A DNA stretch of 64,000 nt from Lepidodermella squamata (taxonomy: Eukaryota; Animalia; Gastrotricha): assembly GCA_047495785.1 (NCBI GenBank), contig JBLDXI010000054.1, forward strand, positions 930,001 through 994,000, read 5' to 3'. Both the position numbers and the translations under genes were made by a program. This document shows, piece by piece, positions 56,934 through 64,000 of this stretch; position 1 is the first letter of the stretch; each line of letters begins with the position of its first letter. The notes beneath the pieces are model-generated. The model ran no database searches, was not told where the DNA came from, and worked only from the letters and a program-made list of their open reading frames with translations.

Positions 56934-59543
56934 ATGCTTTTCATGTACACCTTACTATTCCTCTATGGCTATGCTTGCGCTAAGATACCAATGTCAGCTT
57001 CAGTTGAGCCGAGAATTTTCTCTTCAACTTACAACCCGAACGATACCGATCGAAAAGTGATCAGTATAATGGCCGCATTCAACTATGGAGGCTTCGTCCA
57101 GCCCATGGGGCCAATTTGTACTGAAGCTATTAGACTTGTTCTCGATAGCGTAAAGAGAATGAACATGCTACCCGGGTACGAACTAGCCGTGGATTTTGTA
57201 GATGACATGGTAAGTGGAATAATTAGTGAAATAGTCTATATTATAACTGTGAATTTCCCGTGACAGTTTTCAAGGCCGATTGGAGTAAATAAAATCATAT
57301 CCCAGCTTCAGTGGAACGACTCTGTGTCGGATCGACTACCACTGCTGGTGGGTCCGTTCAGCTCGGGAAGCTATCACACCGGGCAAATTCTTCAACACTT
57401 CGATTACATTGGAGTCATCTTGGGAACGCCCCAAAACGAGCCTCATAATCTGAGGTCTCGTTATCAAAACCAGTTTGTCGTTCAACCACAACTTATCGTC
57501 TGTTACAACAGCCTTCAGGAGTTTCTTAACTTAATGAGTTGGCGTAGAGTTGCGATTCTATCCGAGGGAAGTGACTACTTCGGGCAAATCGAAACGCAGT
57601 TCATCACGAACTTCGAAAATAACAACGGTTCGAAGGTCTTGGGAGTATTCAAAATTCCCTATGTTGTCGGAAGCCCGCTGGAACCTCAGAACATCGAACT
57701 CGCAGTTTCGGATTTGAAAAAATTGAATCCTAAGATCATTATTCTGAACGCTATAAACACAGCTCGAGCAGCTTGTTTCCTACATCGATACAATTTATAT
57801 GGGCCAAATATTGTTATATTTGCAATCGCATCAACAGTTTTCAGTCCGACCGACCCATCTCGCTTTGCATGGTGCACTGAGAGCATGTTGGAGGAGGTTC
57901 TACAGAGTGTTGTTACTTTCGGGTGTAACAGCCTGATGGACTTGCGGCTTGACAATGAGAGGGATTCATTTGGAAATACAGGATCAGGCTTAAACGAATG
58001 GCTGACCTCACGAATCGAAAAGCCAGAGGTTTCCACTACTTGGGCCGCCACGCGACATGTGTGCTACGACAACACTATGGTGGCAGCTTTCGTACTAAAC
58101 AAAGCTGAGAGTATTTTGAAGCTCAGTAAGCTCTAATTCCAGCGCTTCAAACTTGTTATTACTCGTTTTTATAGGCAATCAAACGCTTTCACAATGGGTG
58201 ACTAATAGCGATCGGTTCAAGCTGAATGGCAGTTCTATAGTCCGTTCTATTAAGGATGCTTTCTACTCGAGTCGCCTCAAAGTCAATGTGGGAGATGTCG
58301 CTTTTGAGAGTAATACAACTGCGAACACAGGTGGTAATCCAATTCAAGGCATCATTCAATATCGACGGGATCCAGTGACAAACAAAGTCAAGTCTTATCC
58401 AATATGCATTTACTACTCCAAGCAACGTTCATTGAACTGCAGTCTCTCGCCTATAGTTTGGAGAACATCGGATGGGAAACCTCCGTCGGACACGGTTAAA
58501 GTTGAGAAAACAATCGCCCCACTTCTGAATCTTCCCGCATACATCGTGATAACAACGATCGCGATTGTGCTACTCGCTACTTGCGTGTTCATTTTCGTAT
58601 GGCATGAGAAAATGCGGCAGAAGACTGAAAGAATTGCGACATCAGTCCCTGAGCTTGGCCGATTCGTCTTGGTTGGGAACATCCTACTTCTAGCTTATGT
58701 GCTATTTCAACCAATGCTATTCAATTCTAGCTTCCAAGGGCTGATGTCCCTTGCGAATGGATCGCTGTTTCTTGGAATTACATGTCTCATCTTCGGTTTG
58801 GCAGGGAAATTGGAATTGGCATCTGCAGCCTTGAAAAGAGCTGCCTTACAAAAGTTAGGAAGCGATGGCAGAGTTTCGAGGAAAACCAACTTTTCCTCAG
58901 TCAAATCTGTACGCATATCAGGCTTCGGAAGCTTGAGAATAGCGATAGTTGGTATTGGGACGGCTTTGCTGACCTTATTCTCAATAATGCTACTGATTTG
59001 CTTTGTTGTATCACCGCCAACGGTTGCCGCAATGATTAGCACAAGTTTCATCGATTCATCGATTGAGAGGGAAGTGGTTACATATCGCATAACCTTTAGA
59101 TCTGTTATGTCTCAATTTATCATTTCGGCGACGGCATTCATTAACGGAGTTTTTACTTTGAGAGGATGCTTCCTCGCGCAAGCTCTCAGATCGGTGAGTT
59201 TGAATATTCCGATATAGATTCATCTATATGACGCTGATTTATCTAATTGCAGAAAACAATCTCAACTATAACAGATTTGAAAGTAACTGCTGCGTGCTTT
59301 TACGGAACGGTAATGCTTCTCGCTTGCGGAGGCATCATTGCTGGTGCGATTTTCGTTGAGAGCTCCAACCAACGCATCACGTTGTCAGTTATGCTATTCT
59401 TCTGCATCACATTGAATCTGGGCATGCTCTTCTTCCCAAAGATGAGAAAGCCTAAGCTCGACAGGCCTTTGTCTCGCCCGGGGTCAAGCAGGAGGCAAAA
59501 CTATATTGAACGCACTAAATCGCAAATTGTGTTCACCTCTTAA
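56934..59543 (+). CDS. Class C orphan GPCR, four exons (56934-57209, 57267-58125, 58175-59193, 59253-59543), about 814 aa
   Basis: Signal peptide, MLPGYELAVDFVDD, LLVGPFSSG, SWRRVAI, NPKIII, stalk WRTSDGKPPSD, 7TM ending LFFPKM; GT-AG introns of 57, 49 and 59 nt keep frame. Confidence 0.85.
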
Positions 59544-59783
59544 TAATACGATGTCATTGTCACCTGATGCTATTTTAGACGAATATGCTGGACCATAAAT
59601 TTGCCGAAAACACCAGCTATCTCATTTAAAACGTGTCAAAACCTTTCCGTCAAAGACCTTTATTGCATATAGCGCACGACGATCATATCGGGTGACATTT
59701 CAGCTGAAAAATAAAAATCATGAGAGGATGAAGGCAAATCTACGTCTCATTTCTTTTTTTCAGCGTGAGAAACTTGATCATTC

Positions 59784-62662
59784 ATGATGGCATTCCTTCT
59801 TGTTTTCGCTTCATTGTGTTCAGCTCCAAGTCTAGCTCAAAAGCTGGAACTATCTTCACCGATGCCGGAATATGGCAAATCGTTCGCTTACAATCAGAGT
59901 GCGAGTTCCAATCGAACGGAGATTCATGTATTAATGTCCGTATCCTACAGTGAAGAAAACTTGCCTCTAGGCCCGGTGTGCAGCGAAGCGCAAAATGTCG
60001 CTCTCGATCAGCTGTCCAGAATGCCGAGCATGTTACCAAAATACGAACTAGTGCTCGATTTAATCGACGACGAGGTTTGACTTAATTTAAAAAATAACTC
60101 ACTTGATTTAAATAAGTTTCTTTCAGTGCATAGACGCCACGATAATCAATTCATACATGGCAAGGCTCGAAAACAGTAACGAAGCTCGCAATTTGTTACC
60201 ATTCCTAGCAATAGCAGAATGTGATATGGAGGTGGGCCAACTTAATTCAGCTGCTATTGTTCGCCACTACAATTTTCTCGGGGTACGGATCCATTCTCAT
60301 CATAACCTGTTTTCAGTTTTCCTTCTTACTCAGATAACTATGGCTCAAGGAACGATCCGTTTATTTAGGGAAAGGAAACGACTCAAAAATTACTTTACGC
60401 TTGGCCATCGCGGTGATATCCAGTTTATAGCTCTCGCGAAGTTCATCCGATCAATGGGATGGAGAAAGGTGGCAATCCCTTCAGATGTCAGCCCCTACTT
60501 CAACATGGTTCGTACTTTCAAACCTCATTACATTCATTCAATTTTCTTTCCAACAGATGGACCCTTCGTTGATTAACCAACTTGAGAATGAAAAAATCGA
60601 AATCGTTTGGATGGGTAAAATTTACCTTAATACCGGTGATCCCTACGGTCCTGAGATGGAAGATACTTTCAAGGAGATGAAACGGAGAGACCCTAGAATC
60701 ATAATTTCGTCAGGCAGCGAGCATATATCCCTAGTGTGTTGGCTGTACCGAATGGGTATGTACGGGCCTCAGTATGTTATGTTTGGCTTGTCTTGGTTCA
60801 CAAGAGTGTCGCCTGACGCAGAGATTATGAAGACAACTGATAAATGGTGTACTATGAATATGGTTGTCAAGGTTCTCCTAAGTGGCATTCATATATTCTA
60901 CTACGGCGATTCTCAATTGTCTGATGTCTTCGGCCTCGATTACCCGGACTCCAGCGGCAACACTGAGTCGAAACTAGAGGATCAGTTGAGAAATCGCATT
61001 AATAACGCTGAGCAGTCGCCCTTTTGGTACTATTGGCCTCAAATTTGCTACGACCGGGCGTTGAGCACTGGTTTCATCTTACAACGAGCAGAAGAAATTC
61101 TGAATCAAAGTAAGATATTGAAATTGTGATAGATTTGATCTATTTTTAAATCAACAACACAGGGAACGAAACTTTGTCTGATTGGCTAACTTCTTCTACA
61201 AATTTCCAAGAAAGAGGCCATGAATTGATGAATGTGTGGACAGAGGCGCTGTACACGATGAATTTCACAGGCATGAAAGGCAAATACGGCATTGACAGAG
61301 CGACTAACCTGACCTCTGGGTACGTCCCTATAACATTCATCCAATCTATCGGCTACGGAAATGAATCTCGCGTTGGAGCTTACTACAGGCACAACGATCC
61401 TAACAGCGTACATATCCTTGATTTGAGATGGAATACAAGAGATGGGCTTGCTCCAAGAGATGAAGGACTAACGATTCTGTTGGAAATCCCCCCGGTTAGC
61501 GTAAAATCTCACATAATCGTAGCAGTCATCGCCGGAGTGGAAATCCTGGCTATAGTAGGATTCCTATTAGCCGCTGCGGTGAAAATTGTACAGCCGCAAC
61601 GTTTCGGGAGGTACTTTATCTATCGAGGCGATGCCATCATTCTTGTTGGTGGCTCTATACTCATATGCCATGTTTTTGCAATTCCGAGTTACGCTTTCAA
61701 ATCAAGCATCACTCGCCATTGCTCAGCCATGATGTATCTTATAGTCATCGGCATCTCTCTGGTTTTCACGGGATATATGACAAAGTTGGGCCCGCTGATC
61801 GTAAAGCGAAGCCGTTCAAGTGCAGCTCCGAGGCATAGCTCTAACGTTCGCCCTTCAAGTGGGCAGAAAAGCTCAGTCGTAACCCCACTAACGAATCGAT
61901 CAAGTTTGGCTCCGTTGCATGCATCCTCCTCGGAAATGAGATATTCCACTGATGTACAACCAATCTCGCAGTTCCGCAGGTTTATCGCATCGGGTGGATT
62001 TTCCGCTGTTTGGACAACTGTCCAGATAGGCCTGTTAGTGATCATTTCATTGGTTACCCCAATAACGTCTTCAGTCACTTGCTTTGAGCCTGATAATCGT
62101 GATCCCTCAATCAGCATTCAGCCGTATCAGTATCAGTGTAATTTTTTCGATGACATATTCGCAAGTCCAATCAGTTTAACCTTCGCTTTAATCCTGGTTG
62201 CATCGGATTTGATGCTCTTCTGTTACACCGCGTATTCATCATATGCGTGTTGGCGAGGCATGGTGAGATTTCTGAAGTTTTCTAAAAAGGTTCTCATCTA
62301 TTTCCTTCCAGTCTAGCAATTCGATCCCCCTTCAAGATGCCAAAAACATGTCCACCTCAATTTACTGTCAGGTGCTGTTACTGATTGCTGGAGGTTTCCT
62401 CGCATCTCTAAGTTCGTCGAGTAGCTCGCTCGCTGTTGAGGTACCACGCGACTGCATTGGGTCAGATTTCGAGAAGGGCTCTTTCAGCCAAAGCGAATTT
62501 CTGTCTAGCCTCGTCGCTAGTGTTTCCGTTGCTTTCGTCTTCATAAATATTGTTTCATCTGCAATTATGAAGGTATAATTTTTGAACAAATTCTTCATGT
62601 AGTTACTGATATTTGCGTCATTTCAGTGTTTCCTAAAACCGCCGTCTGCCGCGCGACGCTGA
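59784..62662 (+). CDS. Class C orphan GPCR, seven exons (59784-60074, 60127-60282, 60334-60507, 60557-61109, 61163-62262, 62312-62572, 62627-62662), about 856 aa
   Basis: Paralog of the 53100 gene; six GT-AG introns of 49-54 nt give one continuous frame; VFT, stalk WNTRDGLAPRD, 7TM. Confidence 0.87.
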
Positions 62663-63526
62663 AAATCGAAGGTTCTAGAGGTGCAGTAATCCTATTTTCA
62701 CTTTTTACTCATCATCTTTTGCACCCATGCTAAGAAAGCTTTAAAGTAAAACGACACCAGAAAAAGCCACGCTCTTAAAATTAATGCATAACCGATCAGG
62801 TTGCAACATCTGTGAAATTCACTTATGTTCACAATCGGAAACTTCTCTGAAAATTGTACAATCCTGGAAAAGCGAGACAAAATAACGAGAGATGCAATAA
62901 GATGCACTGCCTATTCTCCGAGTTGAGTCTGACCATATTATTGCTGCCGTTCCACTCGCCGAACATCAATATATCATTAATATGTGTGGAAACCAGGATC
63001 GCAGCTCGCGCGGTAGGAAATTGAATTACAAAATTATGATATTGCGATAAAAACAACGGATACCTAACATAATAAATAATAGCTAATCAGGGCTCCCACG
63101 AGGCCATCACTTTGTTGCTGTACGTTGATTAAGCGCACGGTGGGCGAGGACCGACAAAGCGTCTGGAAACTGGGTGGTGCGTGAACGAAGACTTGAAGAA
63201 TATGGTACAGGACTTCCGCTTGGTGTTTTCGAATATTGCAAATATAAAGCCCAGCCAGTGCGCGAAGTAGGATCCTGGGGATATTTTCGTGCCCAAATAT
63301 TATGACCAAAGGCCCCCTGTGGTTTTTGAGGGTTTTCACTTCGGTCTTAACTGGGGCTACGATAAAACGATTGAAATAAGGTTCTGCTCAGGGTTGGGGG
63401 TCTATGACCGTGAAAAATTCAAGGGAAATAGCTATTCAAGTATTTAAGTTTTCACGATCTAAACAGAGTAGTGGCAAGCGGCTGGCGGCTGCTCAGAGTC
63501 TGAAAAAGCTGTACAAGGCTGTGTTA

Positions 63527-63549
63527 TTGCAGTTATCTGTGGAGCACTG
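63527..63549. mobile_element. Solo right end of the CAGTGCTCC transposon family
   Basis: TGCAGTTATCTGTGGAGCACTG-TA matches the reverse complement of the terminus at 16807. Confidence 0.45.
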
Positions 63550-64000
63550 TATCAGCAAGCAAGCAATTATTTGGACAGGAATAGGGTGGGTCAATAAAAG
63601 TAGCGTGGGTTACTATTTGCGGCGATATGGTATAGGTAGCGGCCCACTAACACGCATAGCAATATCGAAAAAGCTAAGTGATATTTGCAACACAGCTGCG
63701 TAAAGCAATCTATTGAGCATGCATTGTGTCATCGAAACCCGCCTTATCGAACTTCGAACATTGAGCTTTGCTTGGGCCCAGTGCCAGCGATTTCGTTCTC
63801 TATATCGCGAATCGCGAGTTCCGTTTAGCGACTGTAAGTATTGCTATTCCGATATTTCATAGTAATCATATTTTGGTATTTACTTGCACGCCTTCAACTT
63901 CCGCGGGGTAGATAGCATTCGCGCTGCTTCAAGCGTGGTTTTAATATTTATAATTTGAATTCGTGAATTTGGACGCTAACTTGAGCCTGCAGAGGAGTCT

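Noticed and set aside
62700-64000. Short ORFs at the window end
   Set aside because: No recognisable motifs, paralogy or consistent splice model.

Overview
Eukaryotic (animal, compact-genome invertebrate-like) DNA with 46-60 nt GT-AG introns. The window is a dense, mixed GPCR gene cluster undergoing birth-and-death evolution. It holds ten class C (GABA-B-like: Venus-flytrap plus 7TM, no cysteine-rich domain) receptor genes. Seven are intronless (one cut by the window edge) and three have 3-6 short introns. They are interleaved with five copies (four intact, one pseudogene) of an unusual two-exon class A 7TM family that has ERR/ERW in place of DRY and no NPxxY. Embedded at 4.8-10.9 kb is a divergent multi-homeobox gene (six, possibly eight, homeodomains built from a duplicated three-domain module) plus a decayed copy. 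Gene relics record reciprocal gene loss, gene conversion and internal deletion. Intergenic DNA carries many transposons with readable ends: a 5'-truncated LINE with a nested DNA transposon, Tc1/mariner-pogo MITEs, MULE/foldback-like MITEs, a hAT-like MITE and a P-superfamily deletion derivative. Top leads are the putative novel chemoreceptor cluster, the multi-homeodomain gene, and a tightly linked, possibly operonic pair of dissimilar class C genes at 56.9-62.7 kb. Gene models were built by eye from ORFs, splice signals and paralog comparison. No database search was run and the organism is not identified.
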